The position numbers and the translations under genes were made by a program. The notes below the pieces were generated by a model, which was not told where the DNA came from, made no database searches, and saw only the letters and a program-made list of their open reading frames with translations. Of a DNA stretch of 41,332 nucleotides, positions 9,532-19,501 are shown piece by piece; within the stretch, counting starts at the first letter, position 1, and each line of letters opens with the position of its first letter. This DNA is from a virus (taxonomy: Duplodnaviria; Heunggongvirae; Uroviricota; Caudoviricetes): the IMG/VR virus record IMGVR_UViG_2859180793_000001, positions 66,529 to 107,860 of that record. One strand, written 5' to 3'.

Positions 9532-9919
9532 CGCCAAAACGCCGGACTACCTGGACCTGATCGGCATCCCGTTCGCCTACGGTGGACGCGGCCCCGACAC
9601 GTTCGACTGTTATGGCCTGGTGCGTGAGCTGTATCGCCGCGCTGGCCAGCCCATCCCCGATTACCGAAGCCCGACCGACCTAGCTGTCATCGCCGCAATG
9701 ATGGCGTGCGAAGTTCAGCTCTGGCGCGAGGTGCCGGCCCCCAGGGCCGGTGCCGTTGCGCTGATCCGTGTCGGGCGCCACGCCTCCCATGTCGGCTACT
9801 GCCTGGACGACATGCGAATGATTCACACCTGGGAGCGCACCGGTGGCGTCGTCATTGAACGACTCGACACCTGGAAGCGCCACATCATCGGTTTCTTCGA
9901 GTATGTCGGCCACGTCTGA
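9524..9919 (+). CDS. NlpC/P60 family tail assembly protein (gpK-like)
   Basis: LIGIPFAYGGRGPDTFDCYGLV...HVGYC...IH: NlpC/P60 Cys/His catalytic motifs. Confidence 0.85.
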   Translation: MADAKTPDYLDLIGIPFAYGGRGPDTFDCYGLVRELYRRAGQPIPDYRSPTDLAVIAAMMACEVQLWREVPAPRAGAVALIRVGRHASHVGYCLDDMRMIHTWERTGGVVIERLDTWKRHIIGFFEYVGHV

Positions 9920-12900
9920 GACCCTCATCCCCGTCATTCGCATCACGAATCCGCTGAACCCCCGCGAGTTCGTGCGCGAGACCCTGCAATGGAGCGCTGA
10001 GAAGACGCTCGCAGAGTATTTTCCTGTCGTCTCTGTCGTCGAGAACCCGGTCGTTATCTCGATCAACGGTCGGATCGTTGAGGAGAAGGATTACCCGGTG
10101 ACTTACCTTGGGCCGGACGACAATCTGGTGGTATGTCCGATTCCGCAGGGCGGCGGTGGTGGCGGCAAGAGCGTTCTGCGTATCGTGGCCATGATCGCCG
10201 TGGTCGTTGCGTCGGTCTACACCGGCGGCGCTGTGGGGGCCGCCTACGGCTCGATGGCTGGCGTAGCCGCGCAGGCGGGCGTCATGATCGCCGGCACGCT
10301 CCTGGTGAACTCGCTGCTGCCAGTCAATGCGGCCGGCTCCAGTGCGCTCGGTCGTGGTGACTTGACGTCCAGCGCTTCCTACGGCGTCGACGGCGCGAAG
10401 AACGTGTCTGCCGAGGGCGTCCCAGTGCCGGTGTGCTATGGCAAGTTCCGCATGGGCGGCAACCTCATTGGCCTGTCGATGGTTAATGACGGTCAGACGC
10501 AATACGCCAAGATTCTCATCAATGCCGGCGAGGGGCCGATCGCGGGCATCACTGACATTGAAATCAACGACACGCCTGTCAGCGACTACAAGGAGGTTGC
10601 CGTCGACGTGCGTGGTGGTTGGCCAACTCAGGACGTGATTCCCTGGTTCGCCAACACGATCGTTCCGCGATCGCGCGGCGTGCGCCTCACAACCGACTGG
10701 AGCGTGCCGTTCACCACCGAGGCTGTGGTGGACGAGATCCGCATGGACTACGTGTTCCCGAACGGTCTGACCGGCGTGGACACGAAGACGGGCGACAGCT
10801 ATGCCGTGGCCGTCGACATTGAGACGCAGTATCGGCAGGTGGGCGACCCGACCTGGCGCAACATGCGTGGCTCATTCACGGGCTCCTATTACTCGGTCTA
10901 CCACTACTACGTCTACCAGTATGGCCAGGTCATTGGCGAAACGCAGTCGCTGAACCTCGCACCCGGCTACAGCGTGGGCGCGGACGGTTTCATCTATTCG
11001 ATGGGCACGCGCGTGGGCTACGTCGAGAGCCGGCCCGCCTACGGCAACACTGGCCACGTGGTCGAGAACGTGAATTACGCCAAGCGCGTTTCGTTTTCGT
11101 CTGGCGCGCTGCCGCGCGGCCGCTATGAGATTCGCACGCGCCGCACGAATGCGCGGAGCACGAGCAGCTACGTTCAAGATGACGTGCAGCTCACCGACAT
11201 TAACGAAATCATCTACGCAGGCATCGGCTACAAGCACACCGCGCTTGTGGGCATTCAGGTGCGCCTGACTGACCAGATCAGCAGCCTGCCGAAGGTCACT
11301 TACATCAACCACGGCGTCATCCACAAATACTGGAACAGCCAGTTCCAGGCGTGGGAGTGGAAGGCGGGCGCGAACCCCGCCTGGATCGTCTGGGACATGC
11401 TGACCAACGCCCGATACGGGGCGGGGATGCCCGAGGCACGCCTTGATTTCCAGCAGTTCAAGCGCTGGGGCAAGTTCTGCGAGGACAATGGCCTCGAATT
11501 CAACGGCGTGATCGACACGTCGCTGAACCTGTGGGACGCGCTGCAATACGTGATGCGCGCCGGCCGCGCCCAGATGGTATCGGTCGGCACGCGCTACACC
11601 GTCGCCATCGAGTGTCCGACCGATCCCGTCATGATGTTCTCGGTCGGCAATATCTTGGACGGCACGTTCAAGGAATCGTGGCTGGGCATGTCTGATCGTG
11701 CCAACGAAGTGGAGGTCACGTTCTTCGACAGCAACGACAGCTACAAGCAGCGCACGATCCGCGTTGCTGATCCCGTCGCCATTGCTGCCGGCCGCCCGCC
11801 GAAGACAGCCGCCATCACGCTGCCAGGCATCGTGACGCCTCAGCGGGCGTATCAGGAGGCGCTACTCCAGCTGAACCTGAACCGCTACGTTCTCCAGACC
11901 GTCGAGTTTGGCGCACCACTGGACGCGCTCGCCTGCACTGTGGGCGATGTGATTCTCGTGCAGCACGACATGCCGCAGTGGGGCTTTGGCGGGCGCCTGG
12001 CTGCCGGATCGACGGCCTCGACGATCAATCTGGATCGCGAAGTGTCGATGCAGCTCGGCAAGCAATACAAGCTCTTGGTGCTCTTCGATAAGCTCCAGCG
12101 CGCGACTGGATCGGTGTCGCAGATGTGGGGTTCGTCTATCGTCCTCGCTGGCTATGATGGCTACAACAAGGTCAAACGCTTGACGGTTGGGGGCCGCGAT
12201 CTGGAGGTGCTGTCGGTGTTCGACGCCGGGGGCAGCTGGGGTGTGGTGGTTGCCGACGCCACGGGCGTGGCCGTTGGCCAGCAATACACGCTCTGGGACA
12301 CGGACGTGATTGAGGAGCGGGACGTGGTGGTCAACACGATCGACCCGACCAGCACGCTCACCCTGCAATCGCCGTTCTGGGAGGCGCCCGCCACCTACGC
12401 GAACTGGATGTTCGGAGAGGTCGGCAAGGTTCGTAAGCCGTTCCGCGTGAAGTCCATCTCGGGCTCGGGCGAGTATCGACGCGACATTGTTGCCATCGAA
12501 TACAACCCAAGCGTCTACGACCTGTCTGGGAATGTCTATCCGACGCCGAACTACTCGTCGATCGAGGCCGGTGTGCGCCACGTGTCCATTGACGACGTGT
12601 CGGAGGAACTGTTTGCGTTGGGGTCGACTCTGCGTAGCCGCGTGACGGTCTACTTCAGCTCTGGCCAGGAGACTTACCGCAATTCCCGCGTCTACGTCTC
12701 TACCAATGGGGGAGCCTTCGCACTGGTCGACGCAATGGCTGCCGACCGCTGCACGGTTGTCGCTGACGAGGGGCAGGTGCTGCGCTTCAAGGTGGTCGCC
12801 ACGGACGTGGTGGGCGCCGTCGCCCCGGACTCCACCGCGCCGGTCTACGAATACAAGGTGCTCGGCAAGCTCGCGCCGCCGACGGACGTGAAGAACTTCA

Positions 12901-14234
12901 AGGTCACGAAGCGCACCAATGACTTGCTGTTGACCTGGGACGCGAACAAAGACGTGGACCTGGCCGGCTACGAAGTGCGACTTGGGGAGAACTGGGAAGA
13001 CGCGCAGGTCATCACGACCGGCCACACCGGAACCATGATCACGCATAACCAGGATCATGCCGGCACTTACTACTACCTCATCCGTGCGATCGACACGGGT
13101 GGGCGCATGTCCAAGCATGTCACGGTGTTCAAGCTCGTGCTGGACGCGCCGATCGCTGTGCGCCAGTTCGATTGCGTTCAGAACTTGAACCGCGTGGAGT
13201 TCCGCTGGACAGCCAATCCGGAGACCGACATTGTTGGCTACGAGTTGCGCGAGGGCGCTGCGTGGGAGACCTCGCAGCTCGTGGCGCAGGTGACGGCGAC
13301 CAACTTCACCGTGCCGGCCGGCGCGCCGGGCGACCGCATGTTCTGGATCAAGGCCATCGGCGCACCTGGCATCTACTCGGACCAAGCCACCTTCAGCACG
13401 ACGCAGGTCGCCAGCCTGCCAAACCGCAACGTGGTCATGGAAACCGACGAGTCGGCAGCGGGTTTCCCCGGCGTCAAGATCAATACCCGCGTCGAGGGCC
13501 CGAACCTGCTGATGAGCGCGGATGCCAACGACGCGGAATACATTTTCCGCGTCGATCCGCAGGACCGTTTCCGTGCCCTGAATAGCCTCTACACGCGCTT
13601 TGACGCCGTGCAGTATTCGGACCTGACGTGGTTGCGTTCGACCTTCCCATGGTCGTCCGACGACGCGAAGGTGTCGTGGCTCAAGCGTGGTGATTTGACC
13701 AAAGTGAAGATGGAGACCCAGATCTCCACTTCGGTTGGCCAACTCCAGGACGACGAGCTGGACGGCTGGACCTTTGACTTCGCGCTCAATTCGGCACGCG
13801 GCACTCCGCCGCTCGAAACCAGCGGCCCGACCGTCTATACCCACGGCCGCTACCACCGGGGCGTCTACCTGGGTGATTTCCATGCCACTTACCCTGTCAC
13901 ATTTGGCGCAAGCTGGAACACATCTTTTTGGCTGAACATGGAAGACGCCTCGACGCAAACGCTGGCATCGGTTTGGAATCACCAGACCGGCGAAAAGCTG
14001 ACGGTCAGCTGGGACGGCGTAGAGAAGACCTTCAGCCTCGTGGATAGCCGCGACGGCAGCGCCATGACTATTCACTACGAGGTGGCCTCGGGCGACCGGG
14101 TGTTCGTGTGTCTGGTGCAGACGCCGGCAGGGCGCAAGTTCTACGTCGGGATGTTTGGTCGTCAGCAGATCGGCGAGGCCCACAACGCCACGGTGAGCAC
14201 CTCGCTCTTCACCCGGCTGACAATCGGCGCCTAG
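9903..14234 (+). CDS. Tail tip/host specificity protein (gpI-like N-terminus fused to gpJ-like hub)
   Basis: Likely ATG at 9903. gpI-like segment ending GGGGGKSVLRIVAMIAVVV, then VPVPVCYGKFRMGGN, NPAWIVWDMLTNARYG, FN3-like repeats and a C-terminal beta-sandwich region. Confidence 0.85.
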   Translation: MSATSETLIPVIRITNPLNPREFVRETLQWSAEKTLAEYFPVVSVVENPVVISINGRIVEEKDYPVTYLGPDDNLVVCPIPQGGGGGGKSVLRIVAMIAVVVASVYTGGAVGAAYGSMAGVAAQAGVMIAGTLLVNSLLPVNAAGSSALGRGDLTSSASYGVDGAKNVSAEGVPVPVCYGKFRMGGNLIGLSMVNDGQTQYAKILINAGEGPIAGITDIEINDTPVSDYKEVAVDVRGGWPTQDVIPWFANTIVPRSRGVRLTTDWSVPFTTEAVVDEIRMDYVFPNGLTGVDTKTGDSYAVAVDIETQYRQVGDPTWRNMRGSFTGSYYSVYHYYVYQYGQVIGETQSLNLAPGYSVGADGFIYSMGTRVGYVESRPAYGNTGHVVENVNYAKRVSFSSGALPRGRYEIRTRRTNARSTSSYVQDDVQLTDINEIIYAGIGYKHTALVGIQVRLTDQISSLPKVTYINHGVIHKYWNSQFQAWEWKAGANPAWIVWDMLTNARYGAGMPEARLDFQQFKRWGKFCEDNGLEFNGVIDTSLNLWDALQYVMRAGRAQMVSVGTRYTVAIECPTDPVMMFSVGNILDGTFKESWLGMSDRANEVEVTFFDSNDSYKQRTIRVADPVAIAAGRPPKTAAITLPGIVTPQRAYQEALLQLNLNRYVLQTVEFGAPLDALACTVGDVILVQHDMPQWGFGGRLAAGSTASTINLDREVSMQLGKQYKLLVLFDKLQRATGSVSQMWGSSIVLAGYDGYNKVKRLTVGGRDLEVLSVFDAGGSWGVVVADATGVAVGQQYTLWDTDVIEERDVVVNTIDPTSTLTLQSPFWEAPATYANWMFGEVGKVRKPFRVKSISGSGEYRRDIVAIEYNPSVYDLSGNVYPTPNYSSIEAGVRHVSIDDVSEELFALGSTLRSRVTVYFSSGQETYRNSRVYVSTNGGAFALVDAMAADRCTVVADEGQVLRFKVVATDVVGAVAPDSTAPVYEYKVLGKLAPPTDVKNFKVTKRTNDLLLTWDANKDVDLAGYEVRLGENWEDAQVITTGHTGTMITHNQDHAGTYYYLIRAIDTGGRMSKHVTVFKLVLDAPIAVRQFDCVQNLNRVEFRWTANPETDIVGYELREGAAWETSQLVAQVTATNFTVPAGAPGDRMFWIKAIGAPGIYSDQATFSTTQVASLPNRNVVMETDESAAGFPGVKINTRVEGPNLLMSADANDAEYIFRVDPQDRFRALNSLYTRFDAVQYSDLTWLRSTFPWSSDDAKVSWLKRGDLTKVKMETQISTSVGQLQDDELDGWTFDFALNSARGTPPLETSGPTVYTHGRYHRGVYLGDFHATYPVTFGASWNTSFWLNMEDASTQTLASVWNHQTGEKLTVSWDGVEKTFSLVDSRDGSAMTIHYEVASGDRVFVCLVQTPAGRKFYVGMFGRQQIGEAHNATVSTSLFTRLTIGA

Positions 14235-14240
14235 AACAAC

Positions 14241-14254
14241 AGTCAATATTGACT
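14241..14254. promoter_or_regulatory. Palindromic operator copy 4 (AGTCAATATTGACT), followed by -10-like TACAAT
   Basis: Perfect 14-bp palindrome in the gap between the J-like and spike genes; TACAAT at 14255-14260. Confidence 0.75.
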
Positions 14255-14286
14255 TACAATACCGCCCACATACACGGTGAACCCAC

Positions 14287-15783
14287 ATGACTGCGAGTCT
14301 TACCCTTCGGCAGACAAAAGGCATTGACCTGACATTTGCCGAGCTGGACAACAACTTCCTCTTTCTGCGGGACACCAAGCTGTCGGTGTTCAACGTCGAG
14401 GCGAATGGTGCGCACCACATGGACGAGACCGGCTACGGCTCGACCGACGCTGCGCCAGCCATTCAAGACACGATCGACGCCGCCAGCCAGTCGGTGCTCA
14501 GCGGCAAGAACTGGGCGGGCCTGGGTCGCTACGGGGCCATCGTCTACGTCGGGGCTGCGCGCTGGCAACTGCGCTCGCAACTGGTGGTCAAGCCTGGTGT
14601 GATCCTGATGTGCGACGGGGTATTCTGGAACAACATGAACGACACCTACTCGCCGGCGATCGTGTTTCAGGCCCGTAGTCACTGTCGACGGCTTCTCCTC
14701 AACGCCAACGGGCGGGGAGGGGCAGAGTTCGGCGAGAACAACGTAGCATCGGACATGCGCATCGGCGAGGTGCGCGTCTGGAACACCGGCATCTTGACTG
14801 ACGGCGTGCTCGGCCCACAGACCGGGGCGCGCTTCAAGGGGAGCCGTTTCGAAGTCGACACCCTGACGCTTGATGGTGGAGCGACCGCCCTCGATTTGCG
14901 CACCGCGTCCAACGTCCTGATCCGAGACGTGCTGCTCAAGGAGCCGCTGGTCGGCTTCCGCATCGCTGGCGCTCAGTCGATCGACATCGACAACATCCGC
15001 CTGGATTCGGTCAACACTCTGGGCGGCGCCATCGACAGCTCGAACACGGTGCGAATCGGACGCATCGTGGCGACGAGCGACGACACTCGCGTGAGCGCGC
15101 CGTGCGCATCGGGCTATCTGCTCAAAATCGGGGAAGACTCCGTTGATAGCGCTGTGGAGGGATTGGACATTGGGCTGCTTCAGGCCACCAATACCGGCGG
15201 CACCGCCATCAAGGTGGCAAACGTGAAGCATTCGCACGTCAAGCTGGCGGTCACGAAGAGCAAGCTGCCGACCGGCAACAGTCACCCGATCGTCAACGCC
15301 ATCGAATACGGGGCCAACATCGACACGCTCCATCTCGACGGCATGATCGACAAAGACATTACGCCCTACGTCGGGAACAAGCAGGGCACGCTGATGTTCG
15401 CCAATGGCAAGACCGTCGTGGGTGCCGGCACTGGCTTGGACCCCTTCTCATACAACGTGCCCAGCGTCGCCGCCGGCGGCACCAACGTGCTTGATCTGGT
15501 GCCGCAATTGGAGACCTTCGGGAAGCGCACGCTGATTTTCCAGTTCGTAGGGGCGACCATCAACACCAGCGACGCCTATCGTTTGGAGTTGGTCGAGACC
15601 GACAGCGCGGGCGCCGAGACCGTGGTCTACGCGACCACGACGATCACTGGTGCGCACCGCGACACCCGTCCGTTCGCGCTTGAAAAGCAGGCGGACGGCA
15701 ACGGAATCAAGCTCAAGTTCTACAACATGTCCACCAACGCAATCAGCACGGCCACGGTCAAGCTGGTGGTGACGGGAGTCTAA
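14287..15783 (+). CDS. Putative tail spike/depolymerase with a parallel beta-helix
   Basis: N-terminal LTLRQTKGIDLTFAELDNNF attachment-type motif; TDAAPAIQDTID...IVYV start typical of pectate-lyase-like spikes; repetitive beta strands. Confidence 0.6.
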   Translation: MTASLTLRQTKGIDLTFAELDNNFLFLRDTKLSVFNVEANGAHHMDETGYGSTDAAPAIQDTIDAASQSVLSGKNWAGLGRYGAIVYVGAARWQLRSQLVVKPGVILMCDGVFWNNMNDTYSPAIVFQARSHCRRLLLNANGRGGAEFGENNVASDMRIGEVRVWNTGILTDGVLGPQTGARFKGSRFEVDTLTLDGGATALDLRTASNVLIRDVLLKEPLVGFRIAGAQSIDIDNIRLDSVNTLGGAIDSSNTVRIGRIVATSDDTRVSAPCASGYLLKIGEDSVDSAVEGLDIGLLQATNTGGTAIKVANVKHSHVKLAVTKSKLPTGNSHPIVNAIEYGANIDTLHLDGMIDKDITPYVGNKQGTLMFANGKTVVGAGTGLDPFSYNVPSVAAGGTNVLDLVPQLETFGKRTLIFQFVGATINTSDAYRLELVETDSAGAETVVYATTTITGAHRDTRPFALEKQADGNGIKLKFYNMSTNAISTATVKLVVTGV

Positions 15784-15786
15784 AAC

Positions 15787-18690
15787 GTGGCCCGTCCTCC
15801 GTTCCCCAGCGCTCTCGACTTTCTACAGATTTACCCTGGCAGCTACAACGCTGGCCAAGATGAGGTGAATCTGCGCGACGACTACTACCCGGTGTCGGCC
15901 TTTGTCACTCAGAACACCTTCAAGATGCCTGGGTCGAGCACCGACATTTATGGTCAGTGGACAAGCGATGATGGCGACCTGAGCATTGCCCAGCCAAAGC
16001 GGGAGCCGCGTGTCTTTGCGACCAAGGGCAAACTGATCCTGGACTTTGCGGGCACTTGCCTGATCCTGCGCATTGAGCTGAACTCCAGCTGGGGGAAGGG
16101 GCAGATCTATATCGACGGCGCCAAGCCGTCGACGATGGGACTGACCACGGCGCTGGACGCGATCGACTGCAACGCCGACAACTATCTGGGCATCGAAGGT
16201 GCGCAATACCGCGACATTGTGGTGGCAGACGGCTTGGCAAACGGGAATCACCGCCTGGAGCTGTATGTGAACAATGGCGCCAGCGGCTTTGTCGTAGTGT
16301 CGGCCGCCAAGTCGCGCAAGTTTCAGCTCAAGTCCACGCCTCGCGCTGGCTGGCATGCGACCATCGACACGCGGCTGAATGACGGCAGTCTCACCCTGCA
16401 CAACCTGGGTAAGACGGCGGCGATGGACGTCACCGTGACGATGCCGGCCTCCATCGTGCAGCGCGACGGCACGGCCTTCCCCAGCGGCGGCATCAACATC
16501 GGCCGCCTCGCGCCAGACCAGCGCTACACGGTGAACTACGCCGTCGATGGCATGCCTTGGGCGGACAACACGACGTTCAACGTTGGTCTGATGGCTCGCT
16601 ACCTTGACCCGGACGGCGACACGTCGATGGTGCTCACGACCGACTACACGGTCGATTCCACCAATTTGACCTTTGGCAGCGGCTGGAGCAAGGACCAGAG
16701 CGGCCCTGGCGGCGTCTGGCGCGCCTTCTCGAACGGCTCGGCCAAGTCGGTAACGTTCAAGCTGGACACGACCTCGTTTCGCATCACGCTGATGAAGGAG
16801 TATGGATGGGGCAGGGCCGACGTGCTGATTGGCACGACCGTCTATGCGACGCTCGACTGCAACGATTCCGTTGGTGGCGGCTTCGCGCAGGACGTGACAG
16901 TGACAGGCTTGCCGGCCGGCTCCAACAAAACGATCACCATCAAATCGAAGGACGGGTCCGCCAAGCCGTTCGTCTTCACCAAGGTCTCGTTCGACGCCGT
17001 GACCAAGTTTGCCACGGTCAACGAGACGATCCCGCTCGCCTATAAGTTTCAACACATTCCGCCTTATGCCGCGCCAGGTGCTCGCCTGCAAAACGGCAAG
17101 ATCGCCTGGGATGCGGTCGACAAGACCAAGCAGGATGTGACGTTGCCGCGCACCAATCAGGGCGTGACGGCCGCACGCCAATACACGCGGTTTCCCACCT
17201 ACTGCGTCTACTACGGTGCAGGCAAGGACGATGTGCTGAACAAGTATGACTTGCTGGTCATCGAGCCATCGGCGGTCTCGCGTAAGCAGGTGGCTGCTTG
17301 GCAGGCTCAGGGCATCAAGGTGCTCGGCTACGTCACGTTTGGCGAGGAGCATGGTGAGCTGTCGGACATATACGATCCTGGCAGCCCCGTCCGTCCGGCC
17401 ATCGACGATGGGAAGGGGACGGGCGGCTACGCTTCCTATTTGAACAAGGGCGGAAACCTGTTTGGGGAGTCGAGCGAATGCGGGCACGACCGCCAGCGCG
17501 TTGAGGGCGTGAAAGCCTGTGCCGTGGGCAACCCCAAATACTTCACCGGCACGGGCCGGTGCAGCCCTGTCTGTGGCTTCGATCGCCGCACGGGCTATGT
17601 CACCCAAAGCACTGGTGGAGCCTGCGGTGGCGGGTTCACGTCGGCCAACTACTGGCAGCGCGACGCCATGACAGCGTGCAAGAACGCGAGCTGCCCGAAA
17701 TACACCCCGCGCCACAAGGGCTGCCCACAATGGACGGAAGCCGACACCCATTGGGGTCAGGACTTCGCGATGGATGACAGCTACCCGGACCAGAACGGCA
17801 TCTGGGATTCCAGCTTCATCAATCCCCTTGCGCCGCGCTGGTTCGAGAAGCTGAAAACCCAATACTTGCCGACCGTGATGGACCCGCAGGTCGAGTATTC
17901 GGAAAGCCACGCCATTGCCTCGCACGTCACCGCGAGCGACGGAAAATCTGTGTTTGTGTTCCGCACCGACCATTGGCCGATTGATGACGCTGAGCGCCTG
18001 ATCATCACGAATGGCGCGGGATACGCTTACACGCCGAATGTGGACTTCAGCTACGACAAGGACACTGGCGCCTTCATCTTCGACACGAATGCAGGCGTGG
18101 ATTCGGGCGGTCAGCCCGCGCTGGTGGCTGGCCAGACGCTGAACATCATCTACACCCGCAAGGGCCTGAATTGCGACGGTCTGTTCATGGACACTGTGGA
18201 TACGGTTGACGTATACCCGAGTGCCGCTTTCCAAAACGCCTTTGCGGATGTGATCAATCGGCTGAAGGCACTGTGGCCGACCAAGGCGTTCTGCTCGAAC
18301 CGTGGCTTCACGATCCTGGACAAGATCATCAAGTCTTGCTCCTACGTGATGTTCGAGTCGTTCCTGGTCGACTATGACTGGGCGACCGGCCTCTACTCGA
18401 AGATCACCGACCCCAGCTCGGTTGCTTACAACGACGGCATCAAAGAGCAACTCCGCGCGCTGCGTCGCGCCAACCGCTTCGACGTGCTGGCGCTGAACTA
18501 CTGCGACAACGGCCCTGCCGGCGACGAGCTGCGGAACTACATCGCCGACACCTGCTACAAGGAGGGCTACATCAGCTGGAGTTCTACCATCCTGCTGAAT
18601 GACCCATTGCCGAACAAGCCGGTCTCGGTCAACCCCGGTGGTGCAATTCGCTCCAACGTCTGGTATTTGCTCAAACAGGTGCAAGCATGA
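15787..18690 (+). CDS. Large tail-associated protein: carbohydrate-binding-like modules plus a PelA/GH114-like glycoside hydrolase
   Basis: GTG start. YYG...YDLLVIEP...VLGYVTFGEE, GLNCDGLFMDTVD, SNRGF and VMFES match the PelA-hydrolase/GH114 barrel pattern. N-half has Gly/Ser beta-sandwich repeats (SSWGKGQIYIDG, YGWGRADVLIG). Confidence 0.65.
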   Translation: MARPPFPSALDFLQIYPGSYNAGQDEVNLRDDYYPVSAFVTQNTFKMPGSSTDIYGQWTSDDGDLSIAQPKREPRVFATKGKLILDFAGTCLILRIELNSSWGKGQIYIDGAKPSTMGLTTALDAIDCNADNYLGIEGAQYRDIVVADGLANGNHRLELYVNNGASGFVVVSAAKSRKFQLKSTPRAGWHATIDTRLNDGSLTLHNLGKTAAMDVTVTMPASIVQRDGTAFPSGGINIGRLAPDQRYTVNYAVDGMPWADNTTFNVGLMARYLDPDGDTSMVLTTDYTVDSTNLTFGSGWSKDQSGPGGVWRAFSNGSAKSVTFKLDTTSFRITLMKEYGWGRADVLIGTTVYATLDCNDSVGGGFAQDVTVTGLPAGSNKTITIKSKDGSAKPFVFTKVSFDAVTKFATVNETIPLAYKFQHIPPYAAPGARLQNGKIAWDAVDKTKQDVTLPRTNQGVTAARQYTRFPTYCVYYGAGKDDVLNKYDLLVIEPSAVSRKQVAAWQAQGIKVLGYVTFGEEHGELSDIYDPGSPVRPAIDDGKGTGGYASYLNKGGNLFGESSECGHDRQRVEGVKACAVGNPKYFTGTGRCSPVCGFDRRTGYVTQSTGGACGGGFTSANYWQRDAMTACKNASCPKYTPRHKGCPQWTEADTHWGQDFAMDDSYPDQNGIWDSSFINPLAPRWFEKLKTQYLPTVMDPQVEYSESHAIASHVTASDGKSVFVFRTDHWPIDDAERLIITNGAGYAYTPNVDFSYDKDTGAFIFDTNAGVDSGGQPALVAGQTLNIIYTRKGLNCDGLFMDTVDTVDVYPSAAFQNAFADVINRLKALWPTKAFCSNRGFTILDKIIKSCSYVMFESFLVDYDWATGLYSKITDPSSVAYNDGIKEQLRALRRANRFDVLALNYCDNGPAGDELRNYIADTCYKEGYISWSSTILLNDPLPNKPVSVNPGGAIRSNVWYLLKQVQA

Positions 18691-18929
18691 GCCTGAACAA
18701 TGAAGTGAACCCTTTCCTCATCGACGTGCCCCAGGTAACGATCGTGCGCCTGGTGCGCGTGGTCAACGGGGTCGAGGTCGAGACCCCCGACACAGACTGC
18801 CGCCGCATCTGGACTCGCACCACAAAAAGCGGCGCCGCTGGCGCGCAGCAGACCGAAATCGTGGCACAGCCCGAAGGCAACCGCGTCACGCCCGATCCGC
18901 TCAATCGTGACAACCTGCGGAGCTACTGA
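18687..18929 (+). CDS. Hypothetical protein (tail module)
   Basis: 80 aa, translationally coupled on both sides. Confidence 0.55.
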   Translation: MSLNNEVNPFLIDVPQVTIVRLVRVVNGVEVETPDTDCRRIWTRTTKSGAAGAQQTEIVAQPEGNRVTPDPLNRDNLRSY

Positions 18930-19444
18930 TGGCCGGCACTCGTCAATACGTTGATCCTGGCTACGTCGAGAGTGGCTATGTCGCCGGCGGCTCAATTGTC
19001 ATGTCCGACCTCATCGTCTCAAACAAAGACGTAACGGCTGATGACTTTCGCGACATGATGGCCAATGGCCACGCGCCGACCTACACGCCGTTCCGCCCGT
19101 TCATCGTGGGCGATTACGACTATCGGTTTGCGCTGTTCCGCACGGTGATGAAGACCGAAGGCATCGACCGCATCGCCCTGAGCAAACTGGACCTGTCGGT
19201 GGACGTGCCTGACATTACCGATCGGGGGCAAGTCACGATCGACAACCCGATCGCTGGCGCTCGCGTGACGTTCGCCCGCAGCTTCCACAAGCCGCCAGAG
19301 ATGAGCTTCACAATGAAGGGCGGCACGGTATTCGCCATTCCGTCCTTCGAGGTAGATGAGTCAGGCTTCAACGTCTGGCTTAAAGACCCGGTGAGCGGCA
19401 ACAAGGTGGCCGGCACAGTCTCTTGGACGGCGCTGGGCTATTAA
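18929..19444 (+). CDS. Putative tail tip accessory protein
   Basis: 171 aa; YVDPGYVESGYV start; VDVPD...FARSFHKPPEM...GFNVWL resembles C-terminal segments of tail tip proteins. Confidence 0.5.
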   Translation: MAGTRQYVDPGYVESGYVAGGSIVMSDLIVSNKDVTADDFRDMMANGHAPTYTPFRPFIVGDYDYRFALFRTVMKTEGIDRIALSKLDLSVDVPDITDRGQVTIDNPIAGARVTFARSFHKPPEMSFTMKGGTVFAIPSFEVDESGFNVWLKDPVSGNKVAGTVSWTALGY

Positions 19445-19459
19445 GCTGACAGGGCTGCG

Positions 19460-19490
19460 TGCTAGAATGGCAGTCAATACTGACTATAGT
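19460..19490 (+). promoter_or_regulatory. Extended -10 (TGcTAGAAT) plus palindromic operator copy 5 (AGTCAATACTGACT)
   Basis: TG at 19460-19461, TAGAAT at 19463-19468, operator core at 19472-19485, AAGGA RBS before ATG 19502. Confidence 0.75.
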
Positions 19491-19501
19491 GAAGCAAGGA
19501 C

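Noticed and set aside
11862-14420. 852-aa ORF on the - strand
   Set aside because: Antisense shadow of the tail tip gene; low-complexity Arg/Val/His composition.
15823-18684. 953-aa ORF on the - strand
   Set aside because: Exact antisense of the glycosidase gene with no independent evidence. The same reasoning applies to the other long - strand ORFs (for example 38213-39808 and 24187-25503).
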